A stretch of 64,000 bases of DNA from an uncultured Candidatus Binatia bacterium (GCA_965213675.1 OZ243916.1:3136001-3200000), one strand, 5' to 3'. Positions 45,902 through 56,464 are shown, numbered from the stretch's first letter. The notes: generated by a model not told the origin, from the letters alone. A program made the numbers and translations.

Positions 45902-46612
45902 TCAGCCGCCTAGGTAGGCCTGCTTGACGGCGGGGTCGGCGAGCAGGTCCCCCGACTTCCCTTCCAGCACCAGGTTGCCGTTCTCCAGCACATAGCCCCG
46001 GCCGGCGAACTGGAGCGCCAGTTGCGCGTTCTGCTCCACCAGCAGGATGGTGGTGCCTTCCTGGTTGATCTCCCGTAGGGCGTCGAACACGGTCTTCATC
46101 ATGAGCGGCGCCAGGCCCATGGAGGGCTCGTCCAGCAGCATGAGCTCGCGGCCGCTCACGAACGCCCGGCCCACGGCCAGCATCTGCTGCTCGCCGCCGC
46201 TCAGGGTGCCGGCCTTCTGGTGTTCCCGTTCCGCCAGCCGCGGAAAGATGGCGAGGACCCGGTCGATGTCCGGTTTGATGCCGGCGTCCCTTCTGGCGAA
46301 ACACGCCAGCCTGAGGTTTTCCATCACCGTGAGGTTGTCGAACAGGCGCCTGCCCTCGGGCACGTGGGAGATGGCGAGCTGGCTCACCACCTTGTCGGCG
46401 GAGTATCGCAGCAGGTCCTTGTCCCTGTACCGCATGCGGGTCCCCGCCTCCACCTCCACCATGCGCGAGATCGCCAGCAGCGTGGTGCTCTTGCCGGCGC
46501 CGTTGGCGCCGATGATGCAGACGATCTCGCCCTCGTCGATCTCGAAGCCGATCCCCTGGAGGGCGCGGATCCGGTCGTAGGAGACGCGCAGATTTTCGAC
46601 GGACAACAACAT
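45902..46612 (-). CDS. livF: Branched-chain amino acid-type ABC ATPase
   Basis: GANGAGKS, VPEGR, LSGGEQQM, DEPSMGLAP, VEQNA. Confidence 0.9.
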   Translation of the reverse strand: MLLSVENLRVSYDRIRALQGIGFEIDEGEIVCIIGANGAGKSTTLLAISRMVEVEAGTRMRYRDKDLLRYSADKVVSQLAISHVPEGRRLFDNLTVMENLRLACFARRDAGIKPDIDRVLAIFPRLAEREHQKAGTLSGGEQQMLAVGRAFVSGRELMLLDEPSMGLAPLMMKTVFDALREINQEGTTILLVEQNAQLALQFAGRGYVLENGNLVLEGKSGDLLADPAVKQAYLGG

Positions 46613-46617
46613 CGCCG

Positions 46618-47385
46618 TTACGTTTCGGTGGCTCCCAGGTAGGCGTCGATGACCCTGGGGTTGTTCTGGATCTCCTCCGGGGTGCCCTCGGCGATCACCT
46701 CGCCGAAATCCAGCGTCTGGATCCTCTCGCACAGCTCCATGACGAAGCGCATCCGGTGCTCGATGAGGAAGATGGCCAGGTTCAGCTCCCGGTGCACGCG
46801 CCGGATGATCTCCATGATCTGCACCAGCTCGTCGGGGTTCATGCCGGCGGTGGGTTCGTCCAGCAACAGCAGCCGGGGCTCGGTGGCCAAGGCCCGGGCC
46901 ATCTCGACCCTCCGCTGGGCGCCGTACGGCAGGTTGGGCACGGCTTGGTCCGCCAGGTGGCGGATGTCCATCATTTCCAGCAGATCATACGCCTTCTCCT
47001 CGATCTCCCGCTCTTCCCGGTGGCGTCTCGGGGTGCCGAGCATTGCCCCCATCAGGCCGTAGCCGATGCGCGAAAAGCACGCCATCTTGACGTGTTCGAG
47101 CACGTTCATGTGACGCCACAGGCGCAGGTTCTGAAAGGTCCGCCCGACGCCCCTGGACGCGATGCGGTGGGGCGCCAGGCCGTTGATGCGGGCGCCGTTC
47201 AGGCGCACCTCTCCCCGGGTGGGGTTGTAGATGCCGGTGATGAGGTTGAAGATCGTGGTCTTGCCCGCGCCGTTGGGGCCGATGAGCCCGCGGATCTCTC
47301 CCGGATCGACGGCCAGGTTGTAGTCGTGCACCGCGCGCAGGCCGCCGAACTGGTGGGTGACATGAGTCATTTCAAGGAAGGGCAT
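46618..47385 (-). CDS. livG: Branched-chain amino acid-type ABC ATPase
   Basis: FGGLRAV, GPNGAGKT, RTFQ, LPYG, DEPTAGMN, AYLG. Confidence 0.9.
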   Translation of the reverse strand: MPFLEMTHVTHQFGGLRAVHDYNLAVDPGEIRGLIGPNGAGKTTIFNLITGIYNPTRGEVRLNGARINGLAPHRIASRGVGRTFQNLRLWRHMNVLEHVKMACFSRIGYGLMGAMLGTPRRHREEREIEEKAYDLLEMMDIRHLADQAVPNLPYGAQRRVEMARALATEPRLLLLDEPTAGMNPDELVQIMEIIRRVHRELNLAIFLIEHRMRFVMELCERIQTLDFGEVIAEGTPEEIQNNPRVIDAYLGATET

Positions 47386-48652
47386 GGCGTTCCCCTTCCG
47401 GTGCGTTCTTGGGTTTCAGGATGGCTCTCATGTCGAATTCCCTGAAGGCCACGAGGCCCGTGGGCCGGTAGATCATCACCAGGATGAGCAGCAGCGGGAT
47501 GATGATCCACTTGAATATCTCCAGGGGACGCAGGGCCTCGCCCAAGAGACTGATGCCCACCGCGCCCACGATGGAGCCGTAAACCGAATTCAGGCCGCCG
47601 AAGTACACCATGGCCAGCACTTCGGCCAGCTTCTGGATGCCGAATGTGCCGGGATTGACGTAGCGCAGCACGTGGGCGAACAGGCCACCGGCCACCCCCG
47701 CCCAGAACGCGGCGAACAGGAAGCCCACGACCTTGGTGTAGCGCGTGTCCACGGTCATGGCCGTGGCCGCGGTTTCGTTGTCGCGCACCGCGTTGAGCGC
47801 CAGTCCCAGGGTCGAGCGCACGAAGTTGTTGATGACCCACACGCACGTCACGGTCCACAGGAACACGGTGGGAAGGCCGGCCCAATCGGGCTGCCCGCCC
47901 AGTCCGCGGGCGCCGCCCACCACTTCGAGGTTTTCGATCAGGCTCTTGATGATGAACAAGAACGCCAGCGAGATGATGGCGAGGTAGTCGCCGCGGGTCC
48001 GGAACGAGGGAATGGCCACCACCAGGGCGCTCACTGCGGCCACCAGACCGGCGATGATGAGCACCAGCGGAAAGAGGAACGGCCCAAGGGCGGGAGGCAG
48101 CAGCGCCTCGCCGAACTCGCGGTGTCTGGTGAACAGATCGACGCTGAGCACCGAGGCCACGTAGGCGCCCACCGCCATGAAGCCGGGATGGGAGCACGAA
48201 AATTCGCCCATGTAGCCGTTGATCACGTTGAGGCTGAGCGTGACCATCACCGCGATGAGGGTGAAGCGGAGCACCAGGTCGCGGTAGTCGCTCAGGCCGG
48301 ACCACAGGTCCAGGGCGGCGTAGAAGAGCCCCAGGTGGACCGCCGCGGCGACCCACAGCGGCAATCGCAGCAGCCAGGCGGCCGCCCGGTTGGCCACGCC
48401 CGCGCCGAGCCGCCCGATGACCGCGATGGGCAGGCCGTAGACCAGCACCAGGTACGCGAGGGCGCCGGGAAGCAGGTGCGGTTGCTTGAGGGCCAGCACC
48501 ACACCGAAGAGCACCGGGATCTTGGGCAGCCCCAGCGCGTGGGCCAGAGGCGTGCCCCACTGGATCTCCACCGCCACCGCGATGAAGGCGGCGGCGAGCC
48601 ACCCCAGCAGAGGCACTTGAGAGAAGCCGCGCATCGTCCGGCGCACGTCCAT
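47372..48652 (-). CDS. livM: Branched-chain amino acid-type ABC permease
   Basis: RGDYLAI, AVRDNETAA, AGVAGGLFAH. Confidence 0.85.
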   Translation of the reverse strand: MDVRRTMRGFSQVPLLGWLAAAFIAVAVEIQWGTPLAHALGLPKIPVLFGVVLALKQPHLLPGALAYLVLVYGLPIAVIGRLGAGVANRAAAWLLRLPLWVAAAVHLGLFYAALDLWSGLSDYRDLVLRFTLIAVMVTLSLNVINGYMGEFSCSHPGFMAVGAYVASVLSVDLFTRHREFGEALLPPALGPFLFPLVLIIAGLVAAVSALVVAIPSFRTRGDYLAIISLAFLFIIKSLIENLEVVGGARGLGGQPDWAGLPTVFLWTVTCVWVINNFVRSTLGLALNAVRDNETAATAMTVDTRYTKVVGFLFAAFWAGVAGGLFAHVLRYVNPGTFGIQKLAEVLAMVYFGGLNSVYGSIVGAVGISLLGEALRPLEIFKWIIIPLLLILVMIYRPTGLVAFREFDMRAILKPKNAPEGERHALP

Positions 48653-48677
48653 GACCGAGCCCGTCCGTTCCCTGCCC

Positions 48678-49601
48678 TCAGAGCCTCAGGCGCGCGCTGT
48701 AGGGTTCGCCGAAGAAGCCGTGCGGCCGGACGATGAGGATCAGCAGCACGATGGAGTAGGCGATCAGGTCGCGCAGCGTCGAGGGAAAGACCATGGCGAC
48801 GAAGATCTCGATGAATCCCAGCAGGAAGCCCGCCAGCGTGGCTCCCATCACCGAGCCCCGGCCGCCGAGGATGGCGGCGACAAAGGCCTTCCAGCCGAAC
48901 ACGATGCCCATGTAAGGGTCGAGCACCGGGTAGGCCAGAGCGTAGAGAATACCGGCGGCCGCCGCCAGCGCCGAGCCCAGCGCAAAGGTCAGCGTGGCGA
49001 TGGCGTTGACGGAGACTCCCATCAGCGGCACGGCGGCGAAGTCGAACGCCATGGCGCGCATGGCCAGGCCCCATTTGGTCTTTTGCACGAAGAAGTGCAT
49101 GGCCGTGGCCAGCAGCAGCGCCACTACCACGATCATGATCTTTTTGTTGGTGATGAAGACGCCCGCCACCTCGTAGACCGAGGTGTCGATGAGCGACGGA
49201 AATTGGATCCGCTGAGCGCCCAGCAGGGCCAGGTTGCCGGTCTCCAGGATGATCCCGATCATCAACCCGGTGATGGCGGCGGAGGCCCGCGGCGCGTTCC
49301 GCAGGGGGCGGTAGCCGATGCGTTCGACGAGCATGCCGACGAACGAAGTGAGCACCATGGCCAGCAGGATGGTCAGGACCAGGATGGCCCAGGGGGGCAG
49401 CGCCAGCGTGCCGTCGGCCGCGTATGCCAGCAGCACCGCGGCCACGCCGACGCCGATGTAGGCGCCCACCATGAAGATGTCGCCGTGGGCGAAGTTGAAC
49501 AGCATCAGGATGCTGTAGACCATGGAATAGCCCAGGGCGATGAGGGCGTAGAAGCTGCCCCATTGCAGGGCGTTCACGAGGTTTTGGAGAAACAGCGACA
49601 T
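48678..49601 (-). CDS. livH: Branched-chain amino acid-type ABC permease
   Basis: YALIALGYSMVY, NFAHG, GLAMRA, KAFVAAILGG. Confidence 0.88.
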   Translation of the reverse strand: MSLFLQNLVNALQWGSFYALIALGYSMVYSILMLFNFAHGDIFMVGAYIGVGVAAVLLAYAADGTLALPPWAILVLTILLAMVLTSFVGMLVERIGYRPLRNAPRASAAITGLMIGIILETGNLALLGAQRIQFPSLIDTSVYEVAGVFITNKKIMIVVVALLLATAMHFFVQKTKWGLAMRAMAFDFAAVPLMGVSVNAIATLTFALGSALAAAAGILYALAYPVLDPYMGIVFGWKAFVAAILGGRGSVMGATLAGFLLGFIEIFVAMVFPSTLRDLIAYSIVLLILIVRPHGFFGEPYSARLRL

Positions 49602-49701
49602 GACCTGACACGCGGCGGCTGTCGAACATTCTCCTCGGGCCAACCGGAGGCTCTCGTCAGGGCCGCCGGTAAAAGCCGGTTGCACGGCGGCGTTATCGTG
49701 C

Positions 49702-49739
49702 GTGGAGATACAGGGAAACGGTTTCCCCTGTATCTCCAC
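49702..49739. repeat. Intercistronic hairpin after SBP gene
   Basis: GTGGAGATACAGGG-N10-CCCTGTATCTCCAC. Confidence 0.7.
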
Positions 49740-49795
49740 AGGCTCGGCGCGCCGGTACGGCTGGCGTGGTTACACGCGTGGGTCCGGCTTCGGAC

Positions 49796-50965
49796 CTACG
49801 GGCACACGGACTTGTAGAACTCGAACTGACCCTTGTCGCTGATGCGGACGATGACCGCGCACTTCACCGGGTCGCCCTCCGGGGTGAAGGCCATGTCTCC
49901 GGTGATGCCCGAGAACTTCTTGATCCCGGCCATGGCGTTCTTGACGTTCTCGCGGTCCTTCTTGATGTCGCCCGTCAGTCCTCCGGTCTGCCCGATGGCG
50001 TGCGCCACGATGCGCAGCGAGTCCCAGGTGAGCGCGCCCACGTCGTCGGGCACGTAGTCGTACTTCGCGTTGTAGCGGTCGATGAACTCCTTGGTGGCCC
50101 CGGTGGCGCCCGCGGCCGCGTAGTGGGTGCTGAAGAAGGAGCCGTTGCAGTCCTTGCCGCACAGCTTCACCGTCTCCGCGGAACCCCAACTGTCGCTGCC
50201 CACGATGGGGCTCTTCACGCCGAGCTGGCGCGCCTGCTGTACGATCAGCGCCACCTCGTTGTAGTACTGGGGCGTGAACAGCACTTGGGCGCCCGAGCCG
50301 CGGATCTTGGTGAGCTGCGAGCTGAAATCGGTGTCCTTGGTGGTGAAGCTCTCGAAGGCGACCACCGAGCCCGCGCCGTGGAGCTTCTCCCAGGCGCCCT
50401 TGAAGAACTCGGCCAAACCCTTGGGATAGTCGCTGGCGACGTCGTAGAGAACCGCGGCCTTGGTGAACTTGAATTCGTCGGTGATGAAATTCGCCAGCAC
50501 CGGTCCCTGGAACGGATCCAGGAACGGCGCGCGGAAGACGTACGGCCGGTCCTTGGTGGTGTTGGGGTTGGTGGACCACGGGCTGATCATGGGGGTGGCC
50601 CGGTCCTGGGCCACGCCGCCCGCGGGAACCGCTTGTTTGGACGACTGCGGGCCGATGATGGCCAGCACCTCGTCCTCGGTAATCAGCTTGGTGTTGGCCT
50701 TCACCGCGGACTCGGCCTTGGACTCGTTGTCCTCGATGACCAGCTCCACCGGATGTTTCTTGCCGCCAACCTCCAGGCCGCCCGCGGCCTTGATGTCCTC
50801 AAGCCACATCTCCGCCGCGAACTTCGAGCCCTCGCCCACCTTGGGGATGTCGCCCGTCAGCGGGATGTTGAGGCCGATCTTGATGGTCTGGGCCGAAACG
50901 GCCGCAGCCAGGACGAATAGCGCTGCAAGCACCATCGTCGAGGAAAAGAAGGCTTTTCGTGTCAT
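49796..50965 (-). CDS. LivJ/K-type ABC substrate-binding protein
   Basis: Signal peptide, IKIGLNIPLTG, ISPWSTNP, DFSSQLTKI. Confidence 0.88.
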   Translation of the reverse strand: MTRKAFFSSTMVLAALFVLAAAVSAQTIKIGLNIPLTGDIPKVGEGSKFAAEMWLEDIKAAGGLEVGGKKHPVELVIEDNESKAESAVKANTKLITEDEVLAIIGPQSSKQAVPAGGVAQDRATPMISPWSTNPNTTKDRPYVFRAPFLDPFQGPVLANFITDEFKFTKAAVLYDVASDYPKGLAEFFKGAWEKLHGAGSVVAFESFTTKDTDFSSQLTKIRGSGAQVLFTPQYYNEVALIVQQARQLGVKSPIVGSDSWGSAETVKLCGKDCNGSFFSTHYAAAGATGATKEFIDRYNAKYDYVPDDVGALTWDSLRIVAHAIGQTGGLTGDIKKDRENVKNAMAGIKKFSGITGDMAFTPEGDPVKCAVIVRISDKGQFEFYKSVCP

Positions 50966-51283
50966 GGCTGTCTCCCTTCAGTCAAGGTCTTGAGAATGAT
51001 TTTATCATTGCCGAAGACAGACACAAGACGAATCTTATCCGGGAATCCCGCATTGCCTCAGTTCGCGTCCGCGCGGACGCTGTCCGGCATGGGGCCAGTG
51101 GAGTTGCGATCAGTTGACTGGAGTGGTCCGGTCGTCCGGCGGCGATAGACCGTCAAAGCCCTTTCGCGAGGGCAATCTGCTGGCGTTACCCGAGTCCGGC
51201 AATTCTCGCGGCGTATCTGGTTTCCCGGGTTGGCCCGGCTTGCCAGGCATGGCGCAAGCTCCCGGGGCCGGCACGGCTTCCAA

Positions 51284-52636
51284 CTACCGCCGTTCCTCCG
51301 GAATCAAACCCTTGGGGGCGAAGCGCAGCACCACCAGCAGCAGCAGCCCCATGACCACCAGGCGCATGTGGGCGGCGCTTTCCATGAGATGGGTCCGGAT
51401 CGCGTTGTCGGGGGACAGGGGCGAGGTGACGGCTTCCATCAGCCACCGGCCCACGGGTTCGGCTTCCACCCAGACGTACCAGACCAGGAAGCCGCCGAGC
51501 ACGGCGCCCCAGTTGTTGCCGGAGCCGCCGACGATGACCATGACCCAGATGAGGAAGGTGAAGCGCAGCGGCTGATAGGAATTGGGCGTGAACTGCCCGT
51601 CCAGGGTCACGAGCATGGCCCCGGCGATGCCCACCACGGCGGAGCCCAATACGAACACCTGCAAGTGCCGCGAGGTGACGTCCTTGCCCATGGCTTCGGC
51701 CGCGGTCTCGTTGTCGCGGATGGCGCGCATCATCCGGCCCCAGGGCGCCCGCAGCGCGGTCTCGGAGAGCCACATCAGCACCGCCAGCACAACGGCGAAG
51801 AGGCCCGCGTAGCAAAGCTTCACCACCACCGACGAGAGGTCCACCGGCGACGCGCCAAGGGCGGCGGCCCATTCCTGGAACCACGCGGTGTTCTGCAGGT
51901 CCACTTCGTAGGGGACCGGACGGGGCAGGCCGATCACGTTCTTCACGCCCCGCGCCAGCCACTCTTCATACTTGAGGAAGGCGACGATGATCTCTGAGAT
52001 ACCCAGGGTGGCGATGGCGAGATAGTCCGAGCGCAGCCCGAGGCTGATCTTGCCGGCGGCCCAGGCCGCGCCCGCGGCCAGCGCACCGCCCGCGAACCAG
52101 GAGAGGACCACGGGGAGGGCGAGCCCGCCCAGGTAGCCCGTCCGCGACGGGTCCACCGCCTCGATGGCGCGCACCGCCGGCTCGAACAGCAGCCGCGCCG
52201 CAACGGCGCCGGCAATCACCACCAGCGCCACCACCAGCTTGCGCCGGCCCGGGCGCCGGATACGGCGGTGGAGAAGCGCCGCTGCCGCGATGGTGGCGAG
52301 CGCCACGGTCAGGGCCGCGGCTACGCCGTTCCCTCCCGCCTGCCATGCCGCGCGCACCGGGGGCATGGTCACCAGCACTCCGGCGAGCCCGCCCAGAGCG
52401 GCAAAACCCATCACCCCGGCGTTGAACAGTCCGGCGTAGCCCCACTGGATGTTCACGCCCAGGGTCATGACGGCGGAAATCAGGCACAGGTTCAGGATGG
52501 TCAGGGCCAGAGCCCAGCTCTGCGCCGCGCCCACGAGGCAGATGAGCCCCGCCATGGCAGCGAACAGCAGCGGCTTTCGCGGCGCCCGCACTTCCCGGAC
52601 CATGCGCTCGGCCAGGCTCCCGGGAGCATCGCTCAT
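51284..52636 (-). CDS. Branched-chain amino acid-type ABC permease (LivM-like), second system
   Basis: WGYAGLFN, LRSDYLAIAT, RAIRDNE, VGGSGNN. Confidence 0.85.
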   Translation of the reverse strand: MSDAPGSLAERMVREVRAPRKPLLFAAMAGLICLVGAAQSWALALTILNLCLISAVMTLGVNIQWGYAGLFNAGVMGFAALGGLAGVLVTMPPVRAAWQAGGNGVAAALTVALATIAAAALLHRRIRRPGRRKLVVALVVIAGAVAARLLFEPAVRAIEAVDPSRTGYLGGLALPVVLSWFAGGALAAGAAWAAGKISLGLRSDYLAIATLGISEIIVAFLKYEEWLARGVKNVIGLPRPVPYEVDLQNTAWFQEWAAALGASPVDLSSVVVKLCYAGLFAVVLAVLMWLSETALRAPWGRMMRAIRDNETAAEAMGKDVTSRHLQVFVLGSAVVGIAGAMLVTLDGQFTPNSYQPLRFTFLIWVMVIVGGSGNNWGAVLGGFLVWYVWVEAEPVGRWLMEAVTSPLSPDNAIRTHLMESAAHMRLVVMGLLLLVVLRFAPKGLIPEERR

Positions 52637-53646
52637 GGCGACCTCCCGGCGAAGATCCCGGTGGGCCTCACCAGCAGCACCACCACCAGGATGAAGAAGG
52701 AGACCGCGAACTTGTAGTCGGTGGAGAGGAATTGCATCAGCCCGTCCGGCTGCCACTGTTCGGGCGCCAGATAGGCCACGAACTTACGGTAGGGGTAGGT
52801 GAGGAACACCTCGGAGAAGGCCACCACGAATCCGCCGACGATGGCGCCCAGGGGATTGCCCAGGCCGCCGACGATGGCGGCGGCGAAGATGGGCAGGAGC
52901 AGTGACAAGTACGTGAACGGCTTGAAGCTCTTGTCGAGCCCGTAGAGCGTCCCGGCCACGGCAGCGAGCGCGCCGACGATGAGCCAGGTGACCACCACCA
53001 CCCGTTCCGGGTTGATCCCGGACAGCAGCGCCAGGTCCTCGTTGTCCGAGAAGGCGCGCATGGACTTGCCGGTGCGGGTCTTTTCCAGGAACCAGAAGAG
53101 CGCCGCCACCAGCCCCAGCGCCACCACCACGCTGACGGTCTGGGTGGTCTTGATGGCGAGGCCCTCGGATAGTCCGGTCCAGGCCTTGAACTCCCGCACC
53201 GTGAACAGGAAGCGGCTGCCGTCGGTGAAAATTCGGTCGCCCGGTCCGATGACGAAGCGGACGACCCCGTGCAGGACGAACATGACGCCGACGGACACCA
53301 CCAGCAGGATCACCGGTTGCGCCCGGGCGCGCCGGTAGAACCGGAACACGCAACGGTCCGTGAGCACGCACAGGCCGGCGGTGACGGCCATGCCCGCGGG
53401 CAGCGCCAGCAACGCTGTGGGCAACGGCCCCAGGCCCACGCCGCGGGCCTGCAGCCACCAGGTGCCGAGGATGGTCGTCATGGCGCCGAAGGCCATGATC
53501 TCGCCGTGGGCGAAGTTGGAAAAGCGCAGCACCCCGTACACCAGCGTCACCCCCAGCGCCCCCAGAGCGAGCTGGCAGCCGTAGGCGGTGGCGGGAACCA
53601 CCAGAAAGTTGGTGAGCAGCACGACCGCGTTGACGACGTCTTCCAA
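52633..53646 (-). CDS. Branched-chain amino acid-type ABC permease (LivH-like), second system
   Basis: NFAHGE, GKSMRA, AAIVGGLG. Confidence 0.85.
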   Translation of the reverse strand: MEDVVNAVVLLTNFLVVPATAYGCQLALGALGVTLVYGVLRFSNFAHGEIMAFGAMTTILGTWWLQARGVGLGPLPTALLALPAGMAVTAGLCVLTDRCVFRFYRRARAQPVILLVVSVGVMFVLHGVVRFVIGPGDRIFTDGSRFLFTVREFKAWTGLSEGLAIKTTQTVSVVVALGLVAALFWFLEKTRTGKSMRAFSDNEDLALLSGINPERVVVVTWLIVGALAAVAGTLYGLDKSFKPFTYLSLLLPIFAAAIVGGLGNPLGAIVGGFVVAFSEVFLTYPYRKFVAYLAPEQWQPDGLMQFLSTDYKFAVSFFILVVVLLVRPTGIFAGRSP

Positions 53647-53649
53647 CGC

Positions 53650-54354
53650 TCATCCCCCGAGAAACGACTTCCGGACCTCGGGATTCTCCAACAGCATCCG
53701 CCCGGTCCCGGTAAAGCGGTTGCGCCCCTGCACCAGCACGTAACCCTTGTCCGCCAGCGCCAGGGCCTGGCGCGCGTTCTGCTCCACGATGAGCACGGCC
53801 ACGCCACTCTGGGCGATGTCGAGGATGCGCTCGAACAACTCCCGGGTGACGATGGGCGAGACCCCGGCGCTGGGCTCGTCGAGCATGAGCACCCGGGGGC
53901 GGTTCATCAACGCGCGGCCGATGGCTACCTGCTGGCGCTGTCCGCCGGAAAGCTCGCCCGCGGGTTGCCGGCGTTTGTCCCGGATGGCCGGGAACAGATC
54001 GTAGACCTCCTCCAGGGTGCCGGAGATGTCGTCGTCGCGGACGAAGGCGCCCATCTCCAGGTTCTCCTCCACGGACAGGGAGCGGAACACGTTGTCCGTC
54101 TGCGGCACAAAACCCATGCCCTTGCGCGCCCGCGCCTGGGGCGCCAGCGCGGTGATGTCCTCGCCATCCAGGCGCACCGACCCCGAACGGAGCGCCAGCA
54201 TGCCGAAGAGCGCGCGCATGGCAGTGGACTTGCCGGCGCCGTTGGGGCCCACCACCACGGTGATCTCGCCACGCTCCGCGGCGATGGCGCAGCCGCGCAG
54301 GATGTCCGGACCGCCATAGCCGCCCACCAGGTCGTCGCCCACCAGAAAGCTCAC
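53650..54354 (-). CDS. ABC ATPase (LivF-like), second system
   Basis: GPNGAGKS, LSGGQRQ, DEPSAG, VEQNA. Confidence 0.87.
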   Translation of the reverse strand: MSFLVGDDLVGGYGGPDILRGCAIAAERGEITVVVGPNGAGKSTAMRALFGMLALRSGSVRLDGEDITALAPQARARKGMGFVPQTDNVFRSLSVEENLEMGAFVRDDDISGTLEEVYDLFPAIRDKRRQPAGELSGGQRQQVAIGRALMNRPRVLMLDEPSAGVSPIVTRELFERILDIAQSGVAVLIVEQNARQALALADKGYVLVQGRNRFTGTGRMLLENPEVRKSFLGG

Positions 54355-55133
54355 GGGGCGCGCTCCTCGCGGGTCACCAGGCCGCGGCCGAGATAGGCTT
54401 CGATGACCCGCTCGTCGGATTGCACTTGTGGCGCGGAGCCCTGCATCAGCACCTTGCCCTCGGCCATGACGATGACGGGATCGCACAGCAGCGAGACCAG
54501 TTCCATGTCGTGCTCGATGATGCAGAACGTGTAGCCGTGGTGCAGGTTGAGGCGCAGGATCGCGCCGGCGATGTCCTTCAGGAGGGTGCGGTTGACCCCC
54601 GCGCCCACCTCGTCCAGCAGCACGACGCGCGGCTCCGCCATCATGGTGCGGCCCAGCTCCAGCAGTTTCTTCTGGCCGCCCGAAAGGTTCCCGGCCAACT
54701 CTCCCGCCACCGGCTCCAGCTTGAGAAAGGAGATGACCTCGTCGGCGCGCGCGCCGATGGCCTCGTCCTGGGCGCGGATCCTGCCGGGCCGGAACCACAC
54801 GTCCAACAGGTTCTCGCCGGACTGGTCGCCCGGCACGGTCATGAGGTTCTCCCGAACCGTCAGGGTCGAGAATTCGTGGGCGATCTGGAAGGTGCGCAGC
54901 AGACCCTTGGCGAAAAGCTCGTGGGGCGGGAGCCCGGTGACGTCCTCGCCGTCGAGGTGGACGCTCCCGGAGGTGGGCTTGTGGACCCCGGCGATGACGT
55001 TGAAGAGGGTGGTCTTGCCAGCGCCGTTGGGACCGATGAGTCCCGTGATGGAGCCCGGCTCAATGGCGAGGGTGGCACCGTCCACGGCCCGGATGCCGCC
55101 GAAGTGCATGTGCAGGTCTTCTACCGCGATCAT
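54351..55133 (-). CDS. ABC ATPase (LivG-like), second system
   Basis: FGGIRAV, GPNGAGKT, RTFQ, LSGGQKK, IEHDM. Confidence 0.87.
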   Translation of the reverse strand: MIAVEDLHMHFGGIRAVDGATLAIEPGSITGLIGPNGAGKTTLFNVIAGVHKPTSGSVHLDGEDVTGLPPHELFAKGLLRTFQIAHEFSTLTVRENLMTVPGDQSGENLLDVWFRPGRIRAQDEAIGARADEVISFLKLEPVAGELAGNLSGGQKKLLELGRTMMAEPRVVLLDEVGAGVNRTLLKDIAGAILRLNLHHGYTFCIIEHDMELVSLLCDPVIVMAEGKVLMQGSAPQVQSDERVIEAYLGRGLVTREERAP

Positions 55134-55202
55134 CGACGCGTGGACCTCCACTCGGCCGCCGGAGGTGGCAGGAATCCAGACCCCGCGATCTCGGGCGGAT
55201 GC

Positions 55203-55248
55203 TCCCGGACTCATCATTCCCGCGGACGCGGGAATGATGAGTCCGGGA
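55203..55248. repeat. Perfect intercistronic hairpin built on an ATTCCCGCG/CGCGGGAAT REP-like core
   Basis: TCCCGGACTCATCATTCCCGCG-GA-CGCGGGAATGATGAGTCCGGGA; related cores near 9620 and 36657. Confidence 0.75.
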
Positions 55249-55273
55249 CCGCATCCGCCCGCCCGCTACGAGG

Positions 55274-56464
55274 CTACCGGAACTTGACGGTCGCGATCTT
55301 GCCGCCCTTGACCACGATCTGGCGGTAGTTGCCGGCGCTCTCGCCTGGTCCGATCAACTCCACCGCTGACGCGCCGACATAGTCCACGTCGCCGCCGCCG
55401 GCGAGGATCTTGAGCGCCTTGGCCAGTTCGCCGGGATAGATCTTCTCGCCGGGCGCGTTGGCCACCATCATGACCTTGTCCTTGAGCTTGCCGCTGTCGG
55501 CCGACTTCGCCGCCTGCATGGCGAGCATGATCAGTGCCGCCGCGTCATAGGATTCGCCCACGAACGGGCTGTCCGACTTGACCTTGGCCGCCTTGGCGAT
55601 CTTGTCGAACTTGGCCTTCCCCGGACTGTCGGTGCCGGGGTGGGCGCCGATGGAGCCTTCGAGTCCCTCGCCGATGGCCTTGACGATGGCCTCGCCGATC
55701 ATGCCGTCGGGCAGGTAGAACTTCTCGAAGGCGCCGGTGTCGAGGGCGCTCTGGATGATGCCCTTGCCGCCTTGGTCGAGGTAGCCGGCCACGATCAGGA
55801 TGTCGCCGCCCGCGGCCGCCAACGCCGCCACCTCGGCGCTGTAGTCGCCCTTGCCGTCCTCATGGGGCGCGGAGATGGTGATCTTGCCGCCGTTCTTCTT
55901 CACGTTGGCGGCGATGCTGTCCGCCAGACCCTTGCCGTAGTCGTTGTTGGTGTAGGTCAGGGCGGCCTGCTTGATGCCCATTTCCTTCAGGATGTCGGCC
56001 ACGATCGCGCCCTGGCGGGCGTCGGACGGCGCGGTGCGGAAGAAGAGTCCGTTGTCCTCGACCGTGGACAGCCCCGGGGATGTGGCCGATGGCGAGATCA
56101 TCACAATGCCGTTGGGCTTGGCCACGTTCTCCAGCATGGCGGCGGTCACCCCCGAGCAGTCGCCGCCGACGATGGCGTTCACCTTGTCCGAGGTCACGAT
56201 CCGTTCGGTGGCGGCGGAACCCGCCGCAGCGTCGCCGCAGGTGGAGTCAGCTCGCACCGAGACTACCTTTGCGCCGTCGAGCAGCGCGCCGCTGTCGGCG
56301 ACCTCTTTCATCGCCATTTCGGCGCCGGCCGCCATTTGCGGCGTCAGCGACTCGATGGGTCCGGTGTAGCCGAAGACCACGCCCAACTTGACGTCCGCCG
56401 CCAAGGCTGCGCTGGCGTAGACCGAAACCAGGAGACACAACATACTGGTGATCAATTTCCTCAT
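55274..56464 (-). CDS. LivJ/K-type ABC substrate-binding protein, second system
   Basis: Signal peptide, ISPSATSP, FFRTAPSDARQG, NNDYGKGL. Confidence 0.88.
   Translation of the reverse strand: MRKLITSMLCLLVSVYASAALAADVKLGVVFGYTGPIESLTPQMAAGAEMAMKEVADSGALLDGAKVVSVRADSTCGDAAAGSAATERIVTSDKVNAIVGGDCSGVTAAMLENVAKPNGIVMISPSATSPGLSTVEDNGLFFRTAPSDARQGAIVADILKEMGIKQAALTYTNNDYGKGLADSIAANVKKNGGKITISAPHEDGKGDYSAEVAALAAAGGDILIVAGYLDQGGKGIIQSALDTGAFEKFYLPDGMIGEAIVKAIGEGLEGSIGAHPGTDSPGKAKFDKIAKAAKVKSDSPFVGESYDAAALIMLAMQAAKSADSGKLKDKVMMVANAPGEKIYPGELAKALKILAGGGDVDYVGASAVELIGPGESAGNYRQIVVKGGKIATVKFR

Noticed and set aside
50991-51010. Fur box upstream of the SBP gene (AATGAT-TTT-ATCATT)
   Set aside because: Palindromic, but spacing does not fit the Fur consensus and there is no iron-related context.
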